A stretch of DNA of 64,000 nt from a bacterium (lineage in GTDB: Bacteria; Patescibacteriota; Minisyncoccia; Phycocordibacterales; JAGLPS01), in contig JAUYHB010000027.1 in the NCBI GenBank assembly GCA_030690305.1, positions 79,670-143,669 of the forward strand. Reading direction: 5' to 3'. This document shows positions 1-9,829 of the stretch, piece by piece. The position numbers and the translations under genes were made by a program. Within the stretch, counting starts at the first letter, position 1, and every line of letters starts with the position of its first letter. The notes under the pieces were generated by a model that was not told where the DNA came from, did no database searches, and saw only the letters and a program-made list of their open reading frames with translations.

Positions 1-1646
1 TCAACACTATTCTTGTGCTCGTTCAAGAGAGATAGCTTTGTTTCTATTTCTTTTTCCTTGTCGGTAGTGGGTTTGGGTTTTTGTGTGTCTAATTCCCCCT
101 GCTCCTTTTCTAAATCAGCCTTCTCTTTCTTTTTGGTTTCTAAACTAAAAATATCTTCTTCCAAAGAGAAAATATCCTTATTAAGTTCTAAAATATTTCG
201 GCGGCACTCTGCTTTCCGCACCTCTATCCCTTCGGTCTTACGCCTTCTTAATTCTTCAAAAGTGGTTTCACCCAACCTATCAGAAGCAGGTATATGTTGA
301 AAAATTATATCTTCAATTTCATGTTGTAGCTCCTCAAAGTTTTCCGGACGACACCTTTTTTCAATAAAGCTCTGGGAAAGATACTTAATCTTTCTCTTGG
401 GCTGGTAGTTACTAAAATCCTTGCTAATAATAGCGATATCTTGTTCGCCGTTCTTCCAGTAAAGCGTGATTTCACAACCCTCTATCGTTTCAGCAATTTG
501 TTTTGTCGGTATAAGTGCTTTGTATATGAAAGATGCTTGATCTTCCTCATCTTGTATAAAGTCGCCTCCCGCGAAAGCGATAAAATCAGCCAAGGCCGTT
601 TTACCAGAACCCTTTTCTCCTATAACAGAAGAAAGGTTTTCATTCAATAAAATCGCTTCTATTCCAAACCAACTTTTTGAGTTCTTAATCTCAACCTTAT
701 CAATAACTTTTGAAGTATTTTTGTAGGTCGGCGGTAGTTCGCCCATAAAAACTCTTTCACCTGGGTATGGCTCGTAAAGAATTTGTTTTAAGCCGTCATA
801 TATAGGATCGGCTTTAAGCCAAGTAATTTCCTTCAGATTATCTTTGCTATTAACTCGTTTTCCTACCCATTCGTCAAATTGAGAAAACGAATGTGCGTCT
901 GAACCAGAAATTACGGGTTTGGATTTAATTTCTTCCTTGCTATCTTCCAAGCGGTCATTTTTTAAGAAATGTTCGGTATTGCTGGGGTTACCAAAAAACC
1001 CATCGCTAAACTTATCTAACTCATCAGTAATCGTGGCCTTTCTCTTTATCCCTCTTACTTTTCCGTCAATTTGTTCTGTTTCGGCTCTAATTCCGTCATT
1101 GTTTGCGGCTGTAAATATCAATACATAATTTGATATATCTGCCTTACCCCCAAATGTTTTTTCCAATGCTTCGTCTATAAACTCTCGTGTTGTTGTCGCT
1201 TTCTCGTAATCTGATTGATTTGATAATTCTGATGCTGTGATATAGCGACCCTCTCCGACAGTTTTATTTGTATTTAATTTTTGTAAAAAAGTTTTGATTT
1301 TCTGTTCAAGGTTTTCAATCTTCGTATTAAACAATAAATGGATGTTGACTTCCTCCTGTGCTTTGTTAACAACATAGCTGGTGGCTAACTCAACATTCGG
1401 AAAAAATTGTTTTTTTGATTTCGGATATTTGGTCTTAAACTTACTAATAAAAATAAAATAGTTATCGGCTGAAAAATAATCCGTAATGCCAAAAACCGCC
1501 GTATCGGATTCTTCTACCTTTTTACAAAATTCATCCCAAACATCACCATCTTTTTCTTCAAGACGGTATTGGTCATTCTTTTTGGTCTTGGGAGTGTGAA
1601 CATGTAAGTCCCATTTTCTCCAAATTGATCCTCGCGGTGAGTTCAT
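1..1646 (-). CDS. PHP-domain phosphoesterase fused to SMC/AAA-like ATPase (Ppl-like single-protein defence candidate). The N-terminus is present; the C-terminus runs off the window start.
   Basis: Manual minus-strand translation from the ATG at 1644-1646 gives MNSPRGSIWRKWDLHVHTPKT, the PHP H-x-H motif. Downstream are FGITDYF, a Walker A GEKGSGKTALADF about 345 aa in, then K/E-rich coiled coil. There is no stop before position 1. A GAGGT SD sits upstream and the start lies 4 nt after the res stop, so it is co-operonic with mod-res. Confidence 0.5.
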   Translation of the reverse strand, partial: MNSPRGSIWRKWDLHVHTPKTKKNDQYRLEEKDGDVWDEFCKKVEESDTAVFGITDYFSADNYFIFISKFKTKYPKSKKQFFPNVELATSYVVNKAQEEVNIHLLFNTKIENLEQKIKTFLQKLNTNKTVGEGRYITASELSNQSDYEKATTTREFIDEALEKTFGGKADISNYVLIFTAANNDGIRAETEQIDGKVRGIKRKATITDELDKFSDGFFGNPSNTEHFLKNDRLEDSKEEIKSKPVISGSDAHSFSQFDEWVGKRVNSKDNLKEITWLKADPIYDGLKQILYEPYPGERVFMGELPPTYKNTSKVIDKVEIKNSKSWFGIEAILLNENLSSVIGEKGSGKTALADFIAFAGGDFIQDEEDQASFIYKALIPTKQIAETIEGCEITLYWKNGEQDIAIISKDFSNYQPKRKIKYLSQSFIEKRCRPENFEELQHEIEDIIFQHIPASDRLGETTFEELRRRKTEGIEVRKAECRRNILELNKDIFSLEEDIFSLETKKKEKADLEKEQGELDTQKPKPTTDKEKEIETKLSLLNEHKNSV

Positions 1647-1650
1647 AATT

Positions 1651-4344
1651 TTATTTAACTACCTCAAAAATATCCCCCGGCTTTTCTAGCGTCTTAAATT
1701 CCCAATTGCCGAAGTTGCCATTGAGATTTACCGCTCTTACCCACTCTTGAGCCGCCGCCCACTTGGCGTCGTCCTGATCGGTTTTCTGACCCTTTACCTC
1801 CAAGATTAGATAGTGGTTATCCGTAAACTTAATTATGAAATCGGGGAAGTAGGTATGGAGCGAACCTTTCCAAAGATAGTAAATTTCAAAACCGAGATGG
1901 TCGTTTTTAGCCCACGACACCAGCCCCGGAATCCTGTCGCGTTCAAACTCAAACGCCATACTACCTTCCCACTTGCTATCGGCAACGACATGGCTTATCT
2001 GACTTTTTTTGACCGGCTGGGTTGGCTTGCTTGTATACCACACAAACGCACTTGCGGTGCTTCTTACCGGCCGCACAGTGTCAAAGATAGCGACAGGGTC
2101 TTCGGAGCTTGAACTTTTTATAAACTGTCCGAGGTGATCTACAATCTTTTGTAGATTAAGGGAGATAACTATCCGCTTGAGTAATTCTGCGTGCTCAAAC
2201 TGCGGCACTTTAGCGACAAGTTTCTCGGACGCTATGAACTCATCAATTATTTTTAGAAGTTGGCTAACATGACTTGCCGGATTGCCTTCCCAATTTTCCT
2301 TGAACCGCTCCCGAAGCCGGACGGCGGCTTGGAGCTTGAGAGTTTGGAAACGCTTTTCTTCTCCGAACTTCATCAAGTCAAGCTCGGTCAGGCGGGTCAG
2401 GTCCGGCTTTCCGTCAATGACAGGCGCAACTTCTACCACAGTTCGCGCATCCTCGGTTGAAAGCTCAAGCGGCTTTAACTTATTCCAGTCAAGCTCCAAG
2501 AAGTAGTTGAGCTTATAATCAACGCGGAGCACATGAGGCCAGCGAATCTCTAATGTCGCGCGCTCCGCTATCGGCTCAATCTTAGTTTTTGGCACTGGCG
2601 GCTTCGGTGGCTTTCCGGTGTCCTCAACGGGCAGATAAGTAAACGGCACGCCGAAGACAGTTACATACTCCGGTTCGGAAAGATTGCCATAATCAATACG
2701 GCGTAACCCGCGACCGATAACTTGCTCGCATAAAAGTTGGCTCGTGAAAGCACGGACGCCCAAGATGTGCGTTACTGTTTGCGCGTCCCAACCTTCCGAT
2801 AACATATTTACTCCTATGACGCATTGGACTTGTGCGCCGGGCTTTCCCTCTTTGCCGACTGTATTCACTTGCTCCCGAAGTTCCTCGGCAAGCTCGCGTT
2901 TGTTTTTTACAAGCTCCTCGCCCTCCTCGGCCTCAATCTTATCAAGCGCGTCCTGATCAATACGAATTAAACCATCGCCTAACTCTCGCGTTACAATGTG
3001 GCCATTTTTGATGGCGTATTCAATGCGCGCCGCCGTTTCCGTGCGGTTACAAATCATAATCATCACCGGCGGCGTTTTAATAGTAGGACGCAGTTTTTTC
3101 CAGTCGTCTTTTTCTCGCAACCAATCACCGCCCAAAATATCAATCGCGTTTGATAAAAGATCGGGCAACCCCTCGTGTGGCTCGGCGCGGCGGTTCAAAT
3201 CGTCTTTGACTTCGGGGTAAATGTGAAAAAGTTTAGAGCGCAAATCTTTGTTCATATTTACTGAATCATCACGAACCGCAATACGCGGAGTTTTTACCAA
3301 TCCGCTTTCAATTGCGTCGTTTAACCCGAAGTCGCTGACAATCCAAGTGAAAAGCTCCTCGCCACGATTATTGCTTCCGGTTGGACGAAATGGTGTTGCG
3401 GTCAAATCAAACGCTTTTAATACTCCTCGCGCGCGATGGATGCGGTCAATACCGCTAATCCAAATCGTCGCCTTCTCTTGCTCCTCTTTGTCTTCCTCTT
3501 GAGATGGCCGGTGGCAATGGTGGGCTTCGTCGTTGATAATCAAAATATTTTGAGCGTTGCCAATGTCGGGCACAACTCGGCGTGTAAACGCCTCATCGCT
3601 TTCCGGACCTTTCTTTACCACCTTCGGGCCATAGTTCTCATTGACCGGCGCAAGCGTATGCCAGTTCTCAACGACAATTTTTGCTTGTAATAATTCTTGC
3701 CACATTGAGGACGGCACGATGTTGAATTTTTGATAAAAATTGTCTTCTCGCTCCGGTTTCAAAACGCGGAGGCGATCCTTCACAGTTAATCCGGGTGCGA
3801 CAACGAAAATGTTTTTTGTAAAACGGGTATCTGTTGGACTTGCGATCTTATTTAACGCTTGCCACGCAATCAGCATTGACATCACAACTGTTTTACCCGA
3901 GCCAGTAGCCATTTTGAAGGATTGTCTTTGCCAACCTTCCGGCTCGGATGGTAAATCAATGCCTTGCTTTTCGCTTGGGCTTGCCTCGGTAAGCCAAATA
4001 GCAGTTTCAGCCGCCTCAAGCTGGCAGAAGAAAAGCGAATACTCACGCTGTTCTCTATCGCGCCAGTATTCAAGAAGTTTACGGGTCGTGCCGGTAACAT
4101 TGGGATAATTTTCGGCACGCCATTTCTGAACTCGTGAACGAATTTTATTAACCAACTCCAGCTCAACGAACTCACCAAGATCGTCGTTACCATTACGGCC
4201 TACGCCGGATAATTTCCAATATCCTGCTTTCCGTCGCCCATCACGCAATTCAAATTCCTGACTTTCTCGGATATACGCCCAATACCGAGTTGGCTCGGTG
4301 TAGGCATCGTTGATAATCAGTTTGTCTATGCTTTTTTGGCTCAT
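1651..4344 (-). CDS. res: Type III restriction enzyme Res subunit (SF2 helicase plus C-terminal PD-(D/E)xK endonuclease)
   Basis: 897-aa ORF with Walker A MATGSGKTVVM and DEAH box INDEAHHCH. The C-terminus carries a D..EVK nuclease motif (DFIIKFTDNHYLILEVKGQ). The start overlaps the mod stop (ATGA). Confidence 0.8.
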   Translation of the reverse strand: MSQKSIDKLIINDAYTEPTRYWAYIRESQEFELRDGRRKAGYWKLSGVGRNGNDDLGEFVELELVNKIRSRVQKWRAENYPNVTGTTRKLLEYWRDREQREYSLFFCQLEAAETAIWLTEASPSEKQGIDLPSEPEGWQRQSFKMATGSGKTVVMSMLIAWQALNKIASPTDTRFTKNIFVVAPGLTVKDRLRVLKPEREDNFYQKFNIVPSSMWQELLQAKIVVENWHTLAPVNENYGPKVVKKGPESDEAFTRRVVPDIGNAQNILIINDEAHHCHRPSQEEDKEEQEKATIWISGIDRIHRARGVLKAFDLTATPFRPTGSNNRGEELFTWIVSDFGLNDAIESGLVKTPRIAVRDDSVNMNKDLRSKLFHIYPEVKDDLNRRAEPHEGLPDLLSNAIDILGGDWLREKDDWKKLRPTIKTPPVMIMICNRTETAARIEYAIKNGHIVTRELGDGLIRIDQDALDKIEAEEGEELVKNKRELAEELREQVNTVGKEGKPGAQVQCVIGVNMLSEGWDAQTVTHILGVRAFTSQLLCEQVIGRGLRRIDYGNLSEPEYVTVFGVPFTYLPVEDTGKPPKPPVPKTKIEPIAERATLEIRWPHVLRVDYKLNYFLELDWNKLKPLELSTEDARTVVEVAPVIDGKPDLTRLTELDLMKFGEEKRFQTLKLQAAVRLRERFKENWEGNPASHVSQLLKIIDEFIASEKLVAKVPQFEHAELLKRIVISLNLQKIVDHLGQFIKSSSSEDPVAIFDTVRPVRSTASAFVWYTSKPTQPVKKSQISHVVADSKWEGSMAFEFERDRIPGLVSWAKNDHLGFEIYYLWKGSLHTYFPDFIIKFTDNHYLILEVKGQKTDQDDAKWAAAQEWVRAVNLNGNFGNWEFKTLEKPGDIFEVVK

Positions 4345-6839
4345 AATTTTTTGATGACAAACGATTCAATACCTCGGTCGTCAATAATTTTGATGGCAAC
4401 TTTTTTATGTTCGCCCACCTTAAACGGCAGTGATTCAACACCAATAAACGAATCCATTACTTCTTCGTTCACCGCGCCGTTCAAAGTTTTCGCAAGACCA
4501 GTCCAATCCCGCTTTTCATCTTTCATTGGGAAGAAAACTTGAACGGGTAAAATACTTTGCTCGTCGTAATCAGTATCCAACATCCACATCGCAATCCGAG
4601 TGGTATCGCCGGAATCAATCTCGCCCGTAACGGGATTATAGTAATCAAATCCATTAACGCGCACCTTGTATGTGCCGCCTTTGCTTTTAACAACCTCAAT
4701 GTCCGGCTGGCCAATAAGCCAGTAGCTTTGGCTGGACGAACGCTTCTTGCGTAAATCCGAAGTTAGAAGATCAACGCTCATCTGCGCTTTGAGTATGGAA
4801 ACACCCGGCCATTTCATCTCATCAATATCCTTTGACGCTTCGGGGTCAAAATGAAATGCCGCAAAGATGACGAGTTCCGGTTTATCGGCTAAAATGCGCG
4901 CCTCGTTGATAGCTTCCTCTACTTGGCGTTGCTCAAGCGGGCCGTAATCCGGGCCGAAACTGATAACCGCTTTTTTCTGTTTTCCTTTCTCGTCTAAAAT
5001 TTCACCTTCGGCGTGTAAATACTTTGTCCCCGCCATCGGTTCAATACGAGAAAAATTGATGATACTCCCGCCCACGGCTCGGATACCGGACGACTTCAAC
5101 TCGTCGCGCCATACTGCCTGATTCGCTGTTTCTCCGGTGCGCGCAATGTCTTCGCCGGTTGTAGTAACTTTCTGCTGACTTCCGTCAAATGGTTTAACAC
5201 GAAGTCCGGGAACAGCTTCAACTGTAAATGGACTGGCTACACGGACTTTACTTGTGTCAATTACTGGCTGGTCATAAAGAATTTCCTGTTTGTCTAATTC
5301 ATTGTTTGCGATTGATTTAATTGTGATATGAGGAACTTTCCTATATACAAAACCGCTTCCTACTCCTTCGGTTGGATGAGCAAGTTGATAGTGGTCAAAA
5401 TAAGAAGTCATAAGTCGTTGTTTCGCAAGCGTAATAGCAACGCGCGAGGTGTCGCAAGTTATCCAGCGACGACCCCACTGTTCGGCTACATGAGCAGTAG
5501 TGCCGCTTCCGCATGTTGGGTCAAACACTATATCGCTTGGATCAGTAGTCATCAAAATACATCTTTTCAAAATCTCTTTTGATGTTTGAACGGCATAAAT
5601 CTTTTTTAGTTCGCCAACTGTATCAGTCCAAACATTAGTATATTTACTAACTGGAAAATCATCAAAATAATTTACAAATCTTAATGTGTTGCCGAACGCT
5701 ACCAACCGCTTTGCGGCCTCCAATTTTTTCATACCTTCAAGATTGGTCTTCCAACTCCGATTTCTTCCGGGCTTAAAGGTTCTTCCTTCAAATTCATAAT
5801 CAAAAACACAACTTGCTGTTAAACCTGAAGAAACAAGGTCTGCCGAGCTAAATATTTTACTGCCTTTAGGGAGAAGTGAAGGGTTATGTATTTCCTCGGC
5901 CGATAAACTGCGTCGTTCTCCACTTGGAAGGTGAGCATAACCAAACGCTCCTTCGGTTGAATCTTTCTCTTTAAACAGTTGGCGATATTTAATTTTATTT
6001 CTATCCTTCGCATACCAAAGCAGATAGTTAGCAATACCAGTTAGTCCTTTACTTCCAAGTCCACTTGTTGTTCTAAAAGTAATAAGAGAAAAAAAGTTTT
6101 GACTACCGAATACTTCATCAAGTAATTCTCTGACATGGTGGATGTTTTCGTCTCCAATTTGGACAAAAATTGAACCGGAATCGCTTAACAACTCACGAGC
6201 GAGAAGGAAACGATCTTTCAAATAAGAAAGATAAGAGTGTATACCCAACTCCCATGTATCACGAAACGCTTTAATGGTTTCCGGCTCGGATGGTAAATCC
6301 TCATCTCTGTCCTTAACATCTTTACGATTAACGAACGGCTGAAAATTTGAGTTGTATGTTATACCGAAGGGAGGGTCTACATAAATCATCTGAACTTCGC
6401 CAGCCATACCCTCTTTTTGTAGCAAGCTATTCATCACAAGGAGCGAATCACCAGCGATAAGACGGTTCGTCCAATCTTGCGCGTGATGATAAAACTCAAA
6501 CGCCTTACCAATCGTGAGTTTTTTCTCAAAAGCGTCAAAGAGTGTCGCCTGTTGATTGAGTTCTTCTTCTTTCAAAAATGATTTTACAATACGCATAGGA
6601 TCAATGCGCTCGTGAATATGTAAACTCAAATTGCGGACATTGACTTCGTTGCCTTCTTGTTTACCAGCCCAAGAGAGATACGGATCAATATGCGGATCGT
6701 GCGCGTATTTTGTAATGCCATTCAACTTGTCGGTTTGTGATGACACAAGACCGACCGGCGGATTATTCTTTCGCTTTTTATCCGCGTGTGAATATGCCTC
6801 AACTGATATTCTTTTCTTTTTTGATGCTTTGCGTGGCAT
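4341..6839 (-). CDS. mod: Type III R-M Mod subunit, N6-adenine DNA methyltransferase
   Basis: 832-aa ORF with motif IV IYVDPPFGITYN (DPPF) and AdoMet motif I VFDPTCGSGTTAHVAEQ. It sits immediately upstream of and overlaps res. Confidence 0.8.
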   Translation of the reverse strand: MPRKASKKKRISVEAYSHADKKRKNNPPVGLVSSQTDKLNGITKYAHDPHIDPYLSWAGKQEGNEVNVRNLSLHIHERIDPMRIVKSFLKEEELNQQATLFDAFEKKLTIGKAFEFYHHAQDWTNRLIAGDSLLVMNSLLQKEGMAGEVQMIYVDPPFGITYNSNFQPFVNRKDVKDRDEDLPSEPETIKAFRDTWELGIHSYLSYLKDRFLLARELLSDSGSIFVQIGDENIHHVRELLDEVFGSQNFFSLITFRTTSGLGSKGLTGIANYLLWYAKDRNKIKYRQLFKEKDSTEGAFGYAHLPSGERRSLSAEEIHNPSLLPKGSKIFSSADLVSSGLTASCVFDYEFEGRTFKPGRNRSWKTNLEGMKKLEAAKRLVAFGNTLRFVNYFDDFPVSKYTNVWTDTVGELKKIYAVQTSKEILKRCILMTTDPSDIVFDPTCGSGTTAHVAEQWGRRWITCDTSRVAITLAKQRLMTSYFDHYQLAHPTEGVGSGFVYRKVPHITIKSIANNELDKQEILYDQPVIDTSKVRVASPFTVEAVPGLRVKPFDGSQQKVTTTGEDIARTGETANQAVWRDELKSSGIRAVGGSIINFSRIEPMAGTKYLHAEGEILDEKGKQKKAVISFGPDYGPLEQRQVEEAINEARILADKPELVIFAAFHFDPEASKDIDEMKWPGVSILKAQMSVDLLTSDLRKKRSSSQSYWLIGQPDIEVVKSKGGTYKVRVNGFDYYNPVTGEIDSGDTTRIAMWMLDTDYDEQSILPVQVFFPMKDEKRDWTGLAKTLNGAVNEEVMDSFIGVESLPFKVGEHKKVAIKIIDDRGIESFVIKKL

Positions 6840-6843
6840 AAGA

Positions 6844-7056
6844 TTATTTAATTAAATCCTCAATAGGCACGCCTAATGCTTTTGCTACTCGTTCGATATT
6901 TCTAAGGGCCATATTTCTTACACCTCTCTCAATGCCGCTAATGTAGGTTGGGTGTACACCTAAAACCTTGGCGAGGCTGCCTTGAGACATTTCTTTCTTC
7001 AGGCGGATCTCACGAACGCGCTTTCCAAATTTGATTGAGATATCAGGCATGGTCAA
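6844..7056 (-). CDS. XRE-family HTH transcriptional regulator, controller (C-protein)-like, leading the mod-res operon
   Basis: 70 aa with an HTH: LGVHPTYISGIERGVRNMALRNIERVAKALGVPIEDL. It ends 4 nt before the mod start. Confidence 0.6.
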   Translation of the reverse strand: MTMPDISIKFGKRVREIRLKKEMSQGSLAKVLGVHPTYISGIERGVRNMALRNIERVAKALGVPIEDLIK

Positions 7057-7159
7057 AATGTGTTTATTTTCGTTATTATAGCAACCCTTGTAACATTATT
7101 CTATATAGGATTATTATTCTACAAGATGACATTTCCTTGTTTTTTATCAGATTCAAGAT

Positions 7160-7778
<619 letters not shown>

Positions 7779-7818
7779 AAAAGAACTAAATTATTAAACT
7801 TAATAATTTAGTTCTTTT
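7779..7818. terminator. Perfect 19-bp inverted repeat hairpin, bidirectional rho-independent terminator
   Basis: AAAAGAACTAAATTATTAA-ac-TTAATAATTTAGTTCTTTT has T-runs on both strands. It separates the GC-rich element from the small minus-strand ORF at 7849-8064. Confidence 0.6.
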
Positions 7819-7848
7819 AAATTCAACCAATTCCCAATTCTAAAAGGA

Positions 7849-8064
7849 CTATCTCACAAAAGTAGTAAAGGTGAGTTTAAAGCTTTCAAACCTTTTTTTC
7901 TTAATCTTTTCTGCATCACGAAGATACTTTTCCCCTTGCTTTATGACCCATTTCTCATCAGCATAAGCATCGTGAAAAGATTGGCTTAGAGAATCCAAAA
8001 ACTCCATTTCTTCTTTCTCATCTTTGCTGGTTTTCTCTCGCTTGACTCTAGTCATTGATATCAC
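7849..8064 (-). CDS. Small hypothetical protein (71 aa), K/E-rich
   Basis: ORF directly downstream of 8086-9399 on the same strand; low-GC island. Confidence 0.3.
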   Translation of the reverse strand: MISMTRVKREKTSKDEKEEMEFLDSLSQSFHDAYADEKWVIKQGEKYLRDAEKIKKKRFESFKLTFTTFVR

Positions 8065-8085
8065 CTCCTGAGTAATTTTTTAGAA

Positions 8086-9399
8086 TTAAATTGTCAACAA
8101 ACTTATACTTCTATCTAATCGTATTCTGAAATTATAAAACATACTTGATGAAGATTGCAAATGCCTCGTTGGGTCAGCAATTATACCCACCATCATTTCC
8201 CTGCCGTTTTTCGATAATACAACCTCACAAAACCATAAATAATGCGGCAAATTTGACTTTACCATTTCCTCAAACCTACTTTTGTCCTTGTCAGATAGAG
8301 TCTTTTTCTTGGGGTTCATTAGAAAATTCTTTAATATACTATTATCCACAATTAAGAATCTTTCTGATTTTACCTCATAACCCTCTTTAAGAAATACACT
8401 TTTTACAAAACGTACATAATTTTTCTTCATATTTGGAAAAGGGATAAAAACTTTTTCCATTTCTGGGACTATCATATACCCATTTGGTTTTATATAATCT
8501 TCGATAGCTTCCCAATTTACTAAATCTACAAAAGATTTGCCTTTCCTAGTATCACCATCCAAATCTTTTTGTTGGAAAAAAGCACCAGAATCATCGTATA
8601 CTAAATATTTTCTTCGGTTGTCTATTCCAAGCGTATGCCCAATTACAGTAATAACATGATCGTTTGACGTTAAAATTATGGGCAATTTACTTTCTATATA
8701 ACTATCCGCCCATTCTCTAAAATATTCTTTATACTTGTTAAAATGTATACTTGAAATTGGAATTTTGGCATTATTAAAAATTTCTATCATGTGATAAATA
8801 GTAATACCCTCGCTGGAGATCATTTTAGTCTTAAACGAGTATCCGCCAACAATGTCAGAAAGTTTTATCAAATTATATTCCAATGTTCTTCTCACAAATT
8901 TTGTAACCATAGCTATAGCAGCATGGGCGCATATTGTGACAACACCATCTTGAGAAAAAAATGGAAAAGTATGAATAATTAATTCTTTTCCACAAATATG
9001 AACAGTTTTTTTATAAGTCATTACATATACATCTTCTCCATACGTCCTCCTAAATTCATGAGCTAACATCTTCCAATTCGGATATATAAATGACAAACTG
9101 GCAGACACCTCACCGATGGGCCGTATATTCGCAAATCCAAGATAGAAATCCGATTCAATAACCTTATCTTTGAAGAAGTGAATTCTTGCTACAAAAGGCT
9201 TGAATTGATATGTTGTGTTTATATAATGCAAAGAAACCATTTCCTTCCATTCTCTCTCGATATACTCATCTTCTAATATAAAAAACTTGGCGTATTTGAT
9301 AATCCTATCTAACCTCGATATAAGATATCTTTTAATTAGTTCTTCAGGGATATTTAGTTTCTTAGCAAGTTCTTGGGATAGTAAGGCTATATGTTGCAT
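8086..9399 (-). CDS. Hypothetical protein with a C39-like (papain-fold) cysteine peptidase domain
   Basis: 437 aa. VTICAHAAIAMV resembles the C39 Cys motif CGxAxLAM. It is followed by His (HVITVIGHTLG) and Asp (YLVYDDSG) in the Cys-His-Asp order. Local GC is very low. Confidence 0.4.
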   Translation of the reverse strand: MQHIALLSQELAKKLNIPEELIKRYLISRLDRIIKYAKFFILEDEYIEREWKEMVSLHYINTTYQFKPFVARIHFFKDKVIESDFYLGFANIRPIGEVSASLSFIYPNWKMLAHEFRRTYGEDVYVMTYKKTVHICGKELIIHTFPFFSQDGVVTICAHAAIAMVTKFVRRTLEYNLIKLSDIVGGYSFKTKMISSEGITIYHMIEIFNNAKIPISSIHFNKYKEYFREWADSYIESKLPIILTSNDHVITVIGHTLGIDNRRKYLVYDDSGAFFQQKDLDGDTRKGKSFVDLVNWEAIEDYIKPNGYMIVPEMEKVFIPFPNMKKNYVRFVKSVFLKEGYEVKSERFLIVDNSILKNFLMNPKKKTLSDKDKSRFEEMVKSNLPHYLWFCEVVLSKNGREMMVGIIADPTRHLQSSSSMFYNFRIRLDRSISLLTI

Positions 9400-9674
9400 T
9401 GGTAAACCTACTTACATTTTATAGTTAGTGACTATAATTTACACAACGGATTACCCGCGCTCTTGGCACAAAGTAATCACATTTAATGAATTTTGGGCAA
9501 GCTATATTATATTAAAAATAAAAAATCTTCACTTTTGCGAGTGAAGATTCAGGATTATTGCACAGTAATAATTTTCTTCCTCAAATTTAGCCCTTAGAGT
9601 ATGCATTCTTATATACTAAAATCTATAATAACTCAACTAATTTTTATTAGGGCAATGTGCACATAAAAAGACAA

Positions 9675-9709
9675 CCCCGACTGAATCTTTAGAAAAGATT
9701 AGCCGGGGG
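9675..9709 (-). terminator. Imperfect hairpin plus T-tract, terminator for the EEP gene
   Basis: CCCCGACTGAATCTT...AAGATTAGCCGGGGG is followed on the minus strand by TTGTCTTTTTATGT. Confidence 0.4.
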
Positions 9710-9829
9710 AAATATAATTTAATTTTAATACCAGCATTCAATCCTGCCAGTTAAATTTTTGTATTAGTTTAACTATAGCACGTATTTCATATTTCCATAT
9801 CTCTTTCTTGCTTATTTTTAGAGGATATT

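Noticed and set aside
13-300. 95-aa plus-strand ORF of low-complexity S/F/L-rich sequence
   Set aside because: Lies antisense within the long open minus-strand PHP-ATPase frame; the composition is a shadow of the K/E-rich coiled-coil codons.
1813-4193. Multiple 60-120-aa plus-strand ORFs (e.g. 3740-4108) and a minus-strand internal ORF 3882-4193 inside res
   Set aside because: They overlap the 897-aa Res ORF, which has clear helicase motifs; these are antisense or alternative-frame artefacts.
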